A stretch of 45,510 nucleotides of DNA from an uncultured Desulfobacterales bacterium (GCA_965602445.1 CBFCZJ010000001.1:1-45510); one strand, 5' to 3'. Counted from the stretch's first letter, positions 25,450-33,940 are shown. Notes: generated by a model from the sequence alone, not told the origin. Translations and numbers: made by a program.

Positions 25450-27726
25450 GTGCGAAAGCATTTCATGGCCCTGTTTCAGAATCGGAAAAGGAATGTCAAG
25501 CTGCATTCCGCCCTCATCTCTGCGGCAATCCTCCTGGCCGGGATTCTGGGCTATTTCATTGGGTTTACCTTTTTAGACACCATCGAACTGAAGACCATGG
25601 ACATGCGGTTTTTGGCCCGGCAGCGCATTGCGCCCGGACCGGAGATCGTTCTGGCCGTGATCGACGAAAAGAGCATCGCCCGGGAGGGCAGGTGGGTCTG
25701 GCCGCGGACGAAGATCGTCCGCCTGGTTGAAAAGCTCTCCGATGCCGGAGCCAGGGTGATCGCCTTTGATATCGGTTTTCTGGAGCCCGACGACCAGCGG
25801 GTCATTCGCGTGCTGGAACAAGTCGAGTCGACGCTGTCTGATCTGAAGCCCGGCGACGAGCGGCTGAAAAAGCGCGTGGAAGCCCTCAAGTACGCTTCGG
25901 ACAGCGACCGGCAGCTGGCCGCCGCCATCCGCGATTCCCGATCCGAAGTGGTCCTCGGCTATTTTTTCCAGATGGATCCGGAGGTTCTGGACCACATGAC
26001 CGCAGAGGAGATCGACAGTCACCAGCAAAACATTCAAGGCTCCGCCTACAAGACGGTTCGTTTTTCATCCGCCGATGCCCAACGCGTGCCGTTGATCCGG
26101 GCGGTGGCCCCGCAATCCAACATCCGGGTGATTTCAGAGGCGGCCGACTACTCCGGATATTTCAATATGTACCCGGATCCGGACGGAGTGGTGCGCTGGA
26201 TGCCCGGCGTGCTCCGGTTCAACGAGGCGTATTATGCCCCGCTTTCCCTCGCGGCCACCAGCGCATACCTAAAGGAGCCGTTGGGGCTGGAGGTGGCCGA
26301 ATACGGCGTGGATCAGATCAAGCTCGGAAAACTGAACATTCCCACCGATGAATTCGGGCGTATCCTGATCAACTATCGGGGAGAAGAAAAGACCTTTCCC
26401 CACATTTCAATCACCGACATTTTACACGACGACGTCGACGCCGATGCACTGGCCGACAAGATCGTCGTGGTGGGAGCGACCGCAGTGGGCATCTACGACC
26501 TGCGGGTCACCCCCTTCGGAACGGTGTTCCCGGGTCTGGAAATCCACGCCAACATCATCGACAGCATCCTTTCCCAGGATTTCATGTACCAGCCGGCCTG
26601 GGCGGCGATGTTCGACGTTCTGGTAATGGTGGTCAGCGCAGCGATCCTGGGGTTTTTGCTGGCGCGGGTCGGCGCCCTGTCCAGCGCCCTGGCCGGCGGG
26701 TCGCTTTGCGTCCTGTATGTGATTCTCTGCCAGTTTCTGTTTTCCTATCAGGGGTGGGTCCTGAACCTGGTCTATCCCCTGACCGTCATTTTGCTGATCT
26801 ATGCGTCGGTGACGGTCTATCGTTATCTGGTCGAGACGCGTCAGAAAAAATTCGTCAAGGAAGCGTTTTCCACCTACCTGGCGCCGTCGGTGGTCAACAA
26901 CCTGCTCGATTCACCCGAAAAACTCGTGCTGGGAGGGGAAAAGCGGGTCATCACCGCCTTTTTTTCCGATGTCCAGGGGTTTACGAGCATCTCCGAGACG
27001 CTTCTGCCTGAAGAACTCGTCGAACTGCTCAACGAATTTTTAACGGAGATGACCGATATCATCCTCCGCCACGAAGGAACCGTGGACAAGTTCGAGGGAG
27101 ACGCCATCATCGCCTTTTTCGGCGCCCCCAACGACCTGGAAAACCAGGCGGAGGTCGCCTGCATGGCGTGCATCGACATGCAAAAACGGCTGGCCGAGCT
27201 TCGGAAAAAATGGCAGGGGCAGGGCCGGCCCGACCTTTACATGCGCATCGGCCTGTGCACGGGCCCCGCGGTCGTGGGGAACATGGGTTCCCGGAGCCGG
27301 ATGGATTACACCATGATGGGGGACACCGTAAACACCGCCGCACGGCTCGAGGGCGTCAACAAGGTCTACGGCACGTACACGATGATCAGCGAATCGACAT
27401 ACACGGCCGCCGGCGGATGGATCCGGGCTCGGGAACTGGATGCCATCAACGTGGTGGGCAAAAAAGAGCCGGTCAAAATCTATGAACTGATCGGATATCC
27501 CTCAGACGTGGACGAGCACATGCAAAAAGCCGCCGCGATCTACAGCCGGGGACTTTCCGCCTATCGAAGCCGCCAGTGGGACCAGGCTGCCGCCTATTTC
27601 AGCAAGGCAATGAAGTTTCGACCGGAGGACGGGCCGAGCCGCATCATGGCGGAGCGATGCCGGCGATACAAGGCAGACCCTCCCGACGAAACATGGAACG
27701 GCGCCTTTACCATGACGACAAAGTAA
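25450..27726 (+). CDS. CHASE2 sensor domain / transmembrane / class III adenylate-guanylate cyclase
   Basis: CHASE2 (VLAVIDEKSIAREGRWVWPRT...VIAFDIGFLEPD), then TM helices, then a cyclase catalytic domain (VITAFFSDVQGFTSISE...KFEGDAIIAFFGAP...GDTVNTAARLEG), then a TPR-like tail. 25450 is GTG; an in-frame ATG is at 25465. Confidence 0.9.
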   Translation: MRKHFMALFQNRKRNVKLHSALISAAILLAGILGYFIGFTFLDTIELKTMDMRFLARQRIAPGPEIVLAVIDEKSIAREGRWVWPRTKIVRLVEKLSDAGARVIAFDIGFLEPDDQRVIRVLEQVESTLSDLKPGDERLKKRVEALKYASDSDRQLAAAIRDSRSEVVLGYFFQMDPEVLDHMTAEEIDSHQQNIQGSAYKTVRFSSADAQRVPLIRAVAPQSNIRVISEAADYSGYFNMYPDPDGVVRWMPGVLRFNEAYYAPLSLAATSAYLKEPLGLEVAEYGVDQIKLGKLNIPTDEFGRILINYRGEEKTFPHISITDILHDDVDADALADKIVVVGATAVGIYDLRVTPFGTVFPGLEIHANIIDSILSQDFMYQPAWAAMFDVLVMVVSAAILGFLLARVGALSSALAGGSLCVLYVILCQFLFSYQGWVLNLVYPLTVILLIYASVTVYRYLVETRQKKFVKEAFSTYLAPSVVNNLLDSPEKLVLGGEKRVITAFFSDVQGFTSISETLLPEELVELLNEFLTEMTDIILRHEGTVDKFEGDAIIAFFGAPNDLENQAEVACMACIDMQKRLAELRKKWQGQGRPDLYMRIGLCTGPAVVGNMGSRSRMDYTMMGDTVNTAARLEGVNKVYGTYTMISESTYTAAGGWIRARELDAINVVGKKEPVKIYELIGYPSDVDEHMQKAAAIYSRGLSAYRSRQWDQAAAYFSKAMKFRPEDGPSRIMAERCRRYKADPPDETWNGAFTMTTK

Positions 27727-27823
27727 AAAGGATGCTGAAAATAATCCTGCTGGTCCTGAAGGCAGGAAGCCAGGGGGAAGCTTTTTTAAACGAGCCGGAG
27801 ATCGGGTATGTGCGCATTTCCCG

Positions 27824-27852
27824 TTGACAACCCATAGATATTTTAATAAATT
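27824..27852 (+). promoter_or_regulatory. Possible sigma-70-type promoter (TTGACA-17 nt-TAAATT)
   Basis: Perfect -35 hexamer at 27824-27829, a 17-nt AT-rich spacer, and TAAATT at 27847-27852. It sits in a long non-coding, lower-GC stretch. Confidence 0.3.
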
Positions 27853-28216
27853 TTAAATCGCTTTTCCGTTCCGCCGCCCGGGTAGACATCCCCGGGCGTG
27901 AAATTTTTTCCGGCCCCGGCCCCCCAAGACAATGTAAGGCAAAACCCCCATGCTCGGCGTCCCGAGAATGAGGGAGGTCGCCTTTTTTTCGGCTCTGCTC
28001 TTGCCGGCGATTGCCGGCTGTTCCCCTTTCTGTATGGGCCACATCGCTATTGGCACAAATTGCTGCAAAAACGAGCGGTCAACTCGTCGACCTACAAAAA
28101 ATGTGGAAATTGATTTCATGCTCGAAAAAATGACGGGTTTTGGCTTCGGACCGTCCGATTTGCCCCCATGGCCGGAAATTCGGTCTGGCGGGCGTATCGG
28201 ATCAAGTTGCTGCGGT

Positions 28217-28238
28217 TATTTGATATTCTATTTGATAT
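28217..28238 (+). repeat. Direct repeat TATTTGATAT-TC-TATTTGATAT abutting the -24 element
   Basis: Two identical 10-mers at 28217-28226 and 28229-28238 (12-nt period), 7 nt upstream of the TGGCA of the sigma-54 match. Confidence 0.6.
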
Positions 28239-28245
28239 GCTGTCT

Positions 28246-28261
28246 TGGCATTTTATTTGCT
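28246..28261 (+). promoter_or_regulatory. Sigma-54 (RpoN) -24/-12 promoter match TGGCAT-TTTAT-TTGCT
   Basis: GG at 28247-28248 and GC at 28259-28260 have the canonical 12-nt offset. It matches the consensus TGGCAC-N5-TTGCW at all but one defined position. It lies 48 nt upstream of the ATG at 28309. Confidence 0.55.
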
Positions 28262-28308
28262 TGATTTTCGGCGTTGACGTGTCATCAGCGCATCAAGGAA
28301 GGGCGGGT

Positions 28309-29439
28309 ATGGATGTGATGGAAATGGAGTTTATCGGCGGCCGGGGCAGAGGACACACGGCGAACAAGGCAATTTCAGCCGCCTTGCTTTTTTTCTGGAT
28401 CTTTTTACTGGCGCCGCCGTCGTCCCGTGCCGAGATCGTCACTGCCAAAGGCTTCAGTTTTTTCGAGCCGGGAAGAGAGATGATCGCACGGGAAAAGGCC
28501 CTGGACGAAGCCAAGCGGGCCGCCATCGAAGCGGCCATGGGCACCATGGTCGAATCGAGGACCGTGGTGGAAAACTTCGAGGTGGTCAAGGACCAGATCT
28601 TCAGCCGGGCCGCTGGATACCTGACCGGCCTTCAGATCATCGAGGAGACCAAGACCGATCTGGGCACATACGAGGTCACCATCCAGGCCGATGTGAAGGT
28701 CTCCGTGCTCGTGGACGACCTGGACCGGTTCCGGAACATGATCCAATGGCAGCAGAACCCCCGGATCAGCATCGGTCTGGAGCCGGGCATCGATTCGGAA
28801 GTCCTCCCGACCGCGTCCAAGACCGTCAATCTTCTCAGCGACAAGCTCAAGAAAAACGGATTCAAGGTGTTTCGGCATGGGGAGGATGGCACGGCGCTGC
28901 AAATGGGCTTTCTCATCGCATTGTCCCTGGATATGTCGACCCGGCAAACCAAATATCAGGGCATCGAGCTGACGCTCAACGAAGTCGGCCTGACGTCGAA
29001 CATATACCGGCCCGGTGACGGAGAAGTCGTCGCCACGGCCAGCGCGGTAGAGTCGATGCCGGGGGAAAACCGGCTCCAGGTTCTGGACAAGGGAGCCCGG
29101 GCCTGCGTAGACGCCGTGTGGAAGGACCTGAGGGATAAACTGCTGCGGCTGTGGGAAAAGGAGCTGTACAGCGAACGGGAGATATTTCTCGTTGCAAAGA
29201 ACGTCGACAGCAGCGCCCAGGCCCACGAGATCGCCGGCGTCCTTCAGTCCGATGTCAGCGGCATCCTCGGTGCGCGGATCATCCGGTATGAGGAAGGGGC
29301 CGCAGAAATGAGCGTCCGCTATCGGGGCTGGCCTGAGCAGCTTTTCAACGAATTGCAGCTCTCTTATTTTACGAGTCGGTATTTTGATTCGCAACTCGAG
29401 TCGATGGCCGGAAACAAAATGACAATCCGTATAAAATAG
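28309..29439 (+). CDS. Exported protein, FlgT-like layout (LPP20/FlgT_N-like N-domain plus TolB-N/CsgG-like middle domain)
   Basis: AAGGAAGGG precedes the ATG at 28309. Hydrophobic signal AISAALLFFWIFLLAPPSSRA. KGFSFFEPGREMIAREKALDEAKRAAIEAAMGTMVES...GYLTGLQIIEE...YEVTIQADV resembles LPP20/FlgT_N. 376 aa, similar to my recollection of the size of Vibrio FlgT. Assignment by eye only. Confidence 0.7.
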   Translation: MDVMEMEFIGGRGRGHTANKAISAALLFFWIFLLAPPSSRAEIVTAKGFSFFEPGREMIAREKALDEAKRAAIEAAMGTMVESRTVVENFEVVKDQIFSRAAGYLTGLQIIEETKTDLGTYEVTIQADVKVSVLVDDLDRFRNMIQWQQNPRISIGLEPGIDSEVLPTASKTVNLLSDKLKKNGFKVFRHGEDGTALQMGFLIALSLDMSTRQTKYQGIELTLNEVGLTSNIYRPGDGEVVATASAVESMPGENRLQVLDKGARACVDAVWKDLRDKLLRLWEKELYSEREIFLVAKNVDSSAQAHEIAGVLQSDVSGILGARIIRYEEGAAEMSVRYRGWPEQLFNELQLSYFTSRYFDSQLESMAGNKMTIRIK

Positions 29440-29468
29440 GTGTTTTCGGAGGCACGGGAGGAAGAACC

Positions 29469-31478
29469 ATGAGAATCGTCAGACCGGTGAAGATTGGACT
29501 GGCCCTGCTTTTCCTGATGTTGATGTTCGCATGTGCTGCAGGGCAGAAGCAGTTCGACGTTGGAATGCAGCTTTCTGCGGCGGGCAAGTACAAAGAGGCG
29601 ATCGCCTATTTTGAGCAGGCGCTGGAAAAAGAGCCGAACAACGAAAAATACCAGCAGGCCCTGAACGAACTCAAGCAGAAGCTGGTCGGGCAGTTCGTGG
29701 GCGAGGGCAGGACCGCGCTCAAGTCCCAGACACCGATCACCATCGGCGCCATCTCCAAGGCCAAGTCGGCCCTTTCCGAGGCCAAGGGAATCGACGCCGC
29801 CCATCCGGACGTCAAGGCGTTGGAAGATACGATTGTAGGCCAGGAGCAGGCGCTGGTGACTGAAATCGAGAGTTTGTACAACGCAGCCCGTTCCGCAGTG
29901 GACGCCGGCGATTGGCTCAAGGCCTATTTCAGCCTGCAGCAGATTCAGAGCCGCTATCCCAATTACGAAAACAGCTACCAGATGCTGAACACTGTCAGCG
30001 AACAGGGATCGCAGGCGCTGTTTGCCGAAGCCAAGAATCGTTTCGATGCGGAAGACTTCCGGGGAGCCAAGGACCTGCTCCGAAAGGTGTTGGCCCTGAA
30101 ACCCGACAGTGCAGAAGCCCGGGAGCTGTTGGCGATGGCCGAAGAGCGTGACAGCAAAGCCTACTTCGTGCAGCAGGCCCGGGAGGCAGTGATGGCCCAA
30201 CAGTGGGACCGGGCGGTGAAGACCTATGAGCGGGCCCTGGAGTACGATCCGGAAGACCAGGATCTGCGAAAGCTCATCGGCCACGTGCGCACCAAGGCCG
30301 GGCAGTTCTACATCCGCAAAGCCACCGGGCAGATGGACGAAGGCTGGCTGTTCAAAGCCATTGGAACCTACAACGTGGCCGCCGAATACATCAATGATCC
30401 CACCGACTACCAGATCAACAAGCTCCAGCGCGATCTCGTCTCTCGCGCCAATTACGCCGCCGGCCAGTTCAAGGAACAGGGCCGGTATGGGGGGGCCTGG
30501 TTCTGGTACAGCCAGATCAAGAAAATCGACCCGGACTATCCGGACATTTTCTTTCTGTCCCAGGCCATGGAAGACCGAATCAAGGAACGGGTGCAAAAAT
30601 CGATCGCCGTTTTCGACTTCGGAAGCCCCTCGGACAACAAGGACGCCGGCATCATCGTGGCCAACAACCTGATCACGTTTCTGTTCAACAACGCCAGCGG
30701 AGACATCAAAATCCTGGAGCGGGAAAATCTCAAGTCGATCTTGGAAGAAATGAAACTGGGCCAGATCGGCGTCGTCTCGGCGGCCAGTGCAAAGGAGATG
30801 GGACGCGTCTATGGCATCGACGTGGCCATCATGGGAAGCGTGCTGCTGTTCAAGGTCGATTCGAGCGTCTCGGACGGGACCAAATCGGTTCGCTACCAGG
30901 TCGGCGAGAAGATCGAGGACAACATCGAATATCTGAACTGGAAGGCCAAAAACCCGAATCCGAAACAGGAGGAGCTGGACGCCGCGCCTCCGGCGAAAAT
31001 CAAGATTCCGGAATTCAGCGAAAAGGACTACGCGGTATCCAACCACAAGAAGGTCGGGTTCGTGCAGCTTTCGTTTCGCATCGTCGACGTGCGAACCGGC
31101 GAGAACATCCAGGTGCGCACCGTGGAGCGAAAAGAGACCGTGGAGGACATCACCAGCGCCGGACTTCCGGAAGCCAAAGTCAAGTTCGATCCGCTGGAGA
31201 TCTCCACCGACACGGAGCTGCTTCAGAAGATGACCGCCGAAGTGGTGGCCGAACTCGGCCGCGAAGCCCTCCGGCCCCTGCAGAACCTGGAGCAGACATA
31301 TTTCAACGAGGGAGAAAAGCTGCAGCGGCGGCGGGACAAACTCGGCGCCGCAGAAAGTTTTGTCGACGCCGTATTCGACGAAAGACTCAAACAAATCCAG
31401 GACTCCCCGATGACGAAAAAGGCCAGCGAGAACCTGGACGAAATTTTCAGGGAGTACAGGGTCAGCCTGGGAGGGTAA
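29469..31478 (+). CDS. Lipoprotein with an N-terminal TPR region fused to a CsgG-like domain
   Basis: Signal plus lipobox-like LMFAC. TPR-like helical repeats run from about aa 30 to 350. A CsgG/LpoB-like pattern follows: IAVFDFGSPS...IIVANNLITFLF...IKILERENLKSILEEMKLGQIG...GIDVAIMGSV...FVQLSFRIVDVRTGENI. Confidence 0.8.
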   Translation: MRIVRPVKIGLALLFLMLMFACAAGQKQFDVGMQLSAAGKYKEAIAYFEQALEKEPNNEKYQQALNELKQKLVGQFVGEGRTALKSQTPITIGAISKAKSALSEAKGIDAAHPDVKALEDTIVGQEQALVTEIESLYNAARSAVDAGDWLKAYFSLQQIQSRYPNYENSYQMLNTVSEQGSQALFAEAKNRFDAEDFRGAKDLLRKVLALKPDSAEARELLAMAEERDSKAYFVQQAREAVMAQQWDRAVKTYERALEYDPEDQDLRKLIGHVRTKAGQFYIRKATGQMDEGWLFKAIGTYNVAAEYINDPTDYQINKLQRDLVSRANYAAGQFKEQGRYGGAWFWYSQIKKIDPDYPDIFFLSQAMEDRIKERVQKSIAVFDFGSPSDNKDAGIIVANNLITFLFNNASGDIKILERENLKSILEEMKLGQIGVVSAASAKEMGRVYGIDVAIMGSVLLFKVDSSVSDGTKSVRYQVGEKIEDNIEYLNWKAKNPNPKQEELDAAPPAKIKIPEFSEKDYAVSNHKKVGFVQLSFRIVDVRTGENIQVRTVERKETVEDITSAGLPEAKVKFDPLEISTDTELLQKMTAEVVAELGREALRPLQNLEQTYFNEGEKLQRRRDKLGAAESFVDAVFDERLKQIQDSPMTKKASENLDEIFREYRVSLGG

Positions 31479-31481
31479 TCC

Positions 31482-33488
31482 ATGTGTCGAGCCCGGAGCC
31501 TGGGTTGGTGCCTGCTGCTGGCAGCCGTGCTGCTGCTGATCAGGACGACGGCCTGCGCCGCGCCCCCTGCCGAGAACACCTTGGCGATTTTGAACCTGAG
31601 GCCGACCAATTTCGAGGCCATGGGGTACAACGGCGAGATTCTCTACGCGCTGATCTCCGCCTTGGAAAAGGAAAAGTCGGTAAAGCTGGTGCCCCGCCGC
31701 CAGATGGAAGACAAACTGTTTCAAGCGGGGCTGGTCCAGGGGGATTCGCCGGATATGGCGATGGAGGCGGCCGGGGTTCTTGGAATTCGCTACGTGCTGT
31801 TTGGAAACGTCACCAAGGACGGGTCGCGGATCCTGGCCAACATGAGCCTGATGGACGCCCAGCGCCGCAGGGTTGCCGAATCGTGGACAGAGAATTACGG
31901 GTCCCGGCAGGACATCTTGGCGAAGATCCCCCAGTTTGCCGCGGCGCTGGCCGCAGCGCTGGTACAGGCGAACAGCGACAAGGGCGGTGCCGAAATTGTC
32001 CAAGCAACGCCGATTGCGCCGAAGGTGACCCTCGAGACGCTGGGGGCCGCCGGGGAAGGGGACAATGTCGTCGTCCGCTGGAAGATCTCGGCAACGGAGG
32101 CGATCGCCGGCTACCAGTTATACCGATCCGAGAGTACGGAGGGGCCTTACCAGTTTCTCGGCCGCAGCGAGGAGGCGGAGTTTGTCGACAAGGCTATTAA
32201 AAAGGGGCGCACCTACTATTACCGCGTCGGCGTCGTGCTTGCCTCCGGCCGGGAAATCACGATCGACCGAACCGCCGCAATTCGCAATGCCGGAGAAAAA
32301 CTGCCGCATCCGCCGCTGATTTTGGGTGCTACGGGGTCCGTACGGCGGACCGAGGTCAAATATGTCCCCAACCTGCTCAACGACCAGGAAAAGTTCTCCA
32401 TCGTCGAGTACCGGGTCCATCGCAAGGCCGGCCCTTCCGACCCCTGGACCGCTATTGCCACCGCCGGGGCAAAACTCAGCTCCCAGCAGGAACTGGGGTT
32501 CACTTTCGAAGACACGGCAAATCTGGAAGACGGAAGCACCTACTTCTATGCCATTTCCAGCGTGGACCGGAAAAAACGGGAAAGCCCCCTGTCGGATCCG
32601 GTTTCGGTGAGCACCGTTTCCCGCCCTCAGCTTCGTTTGGAAAAGGAGCACCAGCTGCGGAAAATCGATCTCGCCTGGCAGCTCATCGATCAGGCGGAGG
32701 GCTATTACCTGTACCGTAAACAGGCCGCGGAATCCTGGCAGCGGGTCGAAAAGGTCCGCGCACAACCGTCTTTTCCATACACCGACAAGGATGGTCTGGA
32801 AGACGGCCAGCATTACGAGTACCGGATTACCGCCTACGATGCCAAGGGAGAAACCGGACCCAGCAATGTGATCACCGCCAGGACCAAAGCACTCCCCCCG
32901 CATCCTGCGGACATCGTCGCCCAAAGCGGGATGGTCAAGTCGGTGGCGCTGGCCTGGACGCCGGTGGACGACCCGGACGTGGGCGGCTATGCGATCTATC
33001 GGGGCGCGGCCGCGAACCGTCTCGAGGCGTTGACCAAGCTGAAAGGATACCGGAAAAACAGTTACCAGGACAAGGGATTTGGCTTTTCCTCACTCGATGA
33101 CGGCACCGATTATCATTACGCGGTGGCCAGCTACAACCTGTTCGGTGCCGAAGGGCAGAAAACCCCGGCGGTCAGGGCGCGGACCAAGCCCCGGCCGTCT
33201 GCCGTCTCCGGACTTCGGCTCTCGGCCCTTCCAGACCGGATTCTGGTCCAATGGGATTTGAACAGCGAGCCCGACATTGACACATACCGTTTGTATCGAA
33301 GCCGCGGGGGCGGCGGCTGGTCCAAGATTGCAGAGATCGGACCCCGGGAATTTTCCTATTCCGACACCGATCTGAAGCCGGACACCGAATACCGGTACCG
33401 CATGATTGTGAAGGATTCAGACGGGCTCGAAAGCGATCCGGCGGAAAGCCTGCCGATCCAAAGCCCGATCGTCGCTCCCAACTCCTGA
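31482..33488 (+). CDS. Exported protein with an N-terminal CsgG/LpoB-like domain followed by five FN3-like repeats
   Basis: GGGAGGG precedes the ATG, which lies 3 nt after the previous stop. The N-terminus reads LAILNLRPTNFEAMGYNGEILYALISALEKEKSVKLVPRRQMEDKL...GIRYVLFGNV. Five repeats of about 90-100 aa carry a W-x(n)-GYxLYR-x(n)-YxYxV/I-x-A/S-xD-x-G-x-ES/GP pattern. Confidence 0.8.
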   Translation: MCRARSLGWCLLLAAVLLLIRTTACAAPPAENTLAILNLRPTNFEAMGYNGEILYALISALEKEKSVKLVPRRQMEDKLFQAGLVQGDSPDMAMEAAGVLGIRYVLFGNVTKDGSRILANMSLMDAQRRRVAESWTENYGSRQDILAKIPQFAAALAAALVQANSDKGGAEIVQATPIAPKVTLETLGAAGEGDNVVVRWKISATEAIAGYQLYRSESTEGPYQFLGRSEEAEFVDKAIKKGRTYYYRVGVVLASGREITIDRTAAIRNAGEKLPHPPLILGATGSVRRTEVKYVPNLLNDQEKFSIVEYRVHRKAGPSDPWTAIATAGAKLSSQQELGFTFEDTANLEDGSTYFYAISSVDRKKRESPLSDPVSVSTVSRPQLRLEKEHQLRKIDLAWQLIDQAEGYYLYRKQAAESWQRVEKVRAQPSFPYTDKDGLEDGQHYEYRITAYDAKGETGPSNVITARTKALPPHPADIVAQSGMVKSVALAWTPVDDPDVGGYAIYRGAAANRLEALTKLKGYRKNSYQDKGFGFSSLDDGTDYHYAVASYNLFGAEGQKTPAVRARTKPRPSAVSGLRLSALPDRILVQWDLNSEPDIDTYRLYRSRGGGGWSKIAEIGPREFSYSDTDLKPDTEYRYRMIVKDSDGLESDPAESLPIQSPIVAPNS

Positions 33489-33595
33489 ATCGAGGGATTG
33501 GGACCGGAAGGAAACACCCTCTGTGGATCCTGAGCCGCCCGTCTATCTGCACGGCCGCCGGGGTTGCAGGACGATGCGGAAAGGAACCTGTGGAC

Positions 33596-33940
33596 ATGGA
33601 CCCATTTTCTCCAAATCGACGTCGAGATCCCGGGGTTTGGCGGCGGCGGTTTTTTCCGCGGCGCCGGGCCTTGAATCGCGGCGTCCTGATTCTTGCCGTC
33701 GTTTTGCTGATGGCCGCACCCCTGGGGGCTGCCGCGGCAGAACCGGAGCAGCGATTCATCTTGTTCAACGCGGAATACAACTCGAGTCTCAAGCAGCTGA
33801 GCAAGACCACGGTGTTCATGGAAAAGCGCCTGTTCAAGCTCGACACGCGAACCGGTGAGACCTGGGTGCTGATCGACGTGCTCCAGGATGGGGAAGACAT
33901 CCGCTACTGGAAAAAGATCACCAATTCCCCGGAGAAATAA
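33596..33940 (+). CDS. Small exported hypothetical protein
   Basis: AGGA lies about 10 nt upstream of the ATG at 33596; an in-frame GTG is at 33590. It has an Arg-rich N-terminus and then a hydrophobic signal, VLILAVVLLMAAPLGAAAA. The mature part is about 65 aa with no recognised family. Confidence 0.55.
   Translation: MDPFSPNRRRDPGVWRRRFFPRRRALNRGVLILAVVLLMAAPLGAAAAEPEQRFILFNAEYNSSLKQLSKTTVFMEKRLFKLDTRTGETWVLIDVLQDGEDIRYWKKITNSPEK

Noticed and set aside
27727-27800. Possible terminator after the CHASE2 cyclase (AAGC...GCTTTTTT)
   Set aside because: The stems are only 4-5 bp with large loops. This is not convincing as an intrinsic terminator.
28051-28063. TGGCAC-AAA-TTGC, a sigma-54-like string
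   Set aside because: The GG-to-GC offset is 10 nt rather than the required 12. The better-spaced site at 28246-28261 is preferred.
27968-28264. Small ORF encoding a lipoprotein-like peptide (MREVAFFSALLLPAIAGCS..., Cys-rich)
   Set aside because: The lipobox-like IAGC is tempting. However, there is no Shine-Dalgarno sequence. The 3' third is encoded by the AT-rich direct repeat and the sigma-54 promoter itself. Codon usage looks non-coding. It is kept only as a remote possibility.
29364-32003. 879-aa ORF on the minus strand
   Set aside because: It is antisense to two well-supported plus-strand genes that have clear signal peptides, RBSs and domain patterns. Its translation is low-complexity (Gly/Arg/Leu/Gln-rich) with no recognisable motif. 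This is a typical shadow ORF of high-GC DNA.
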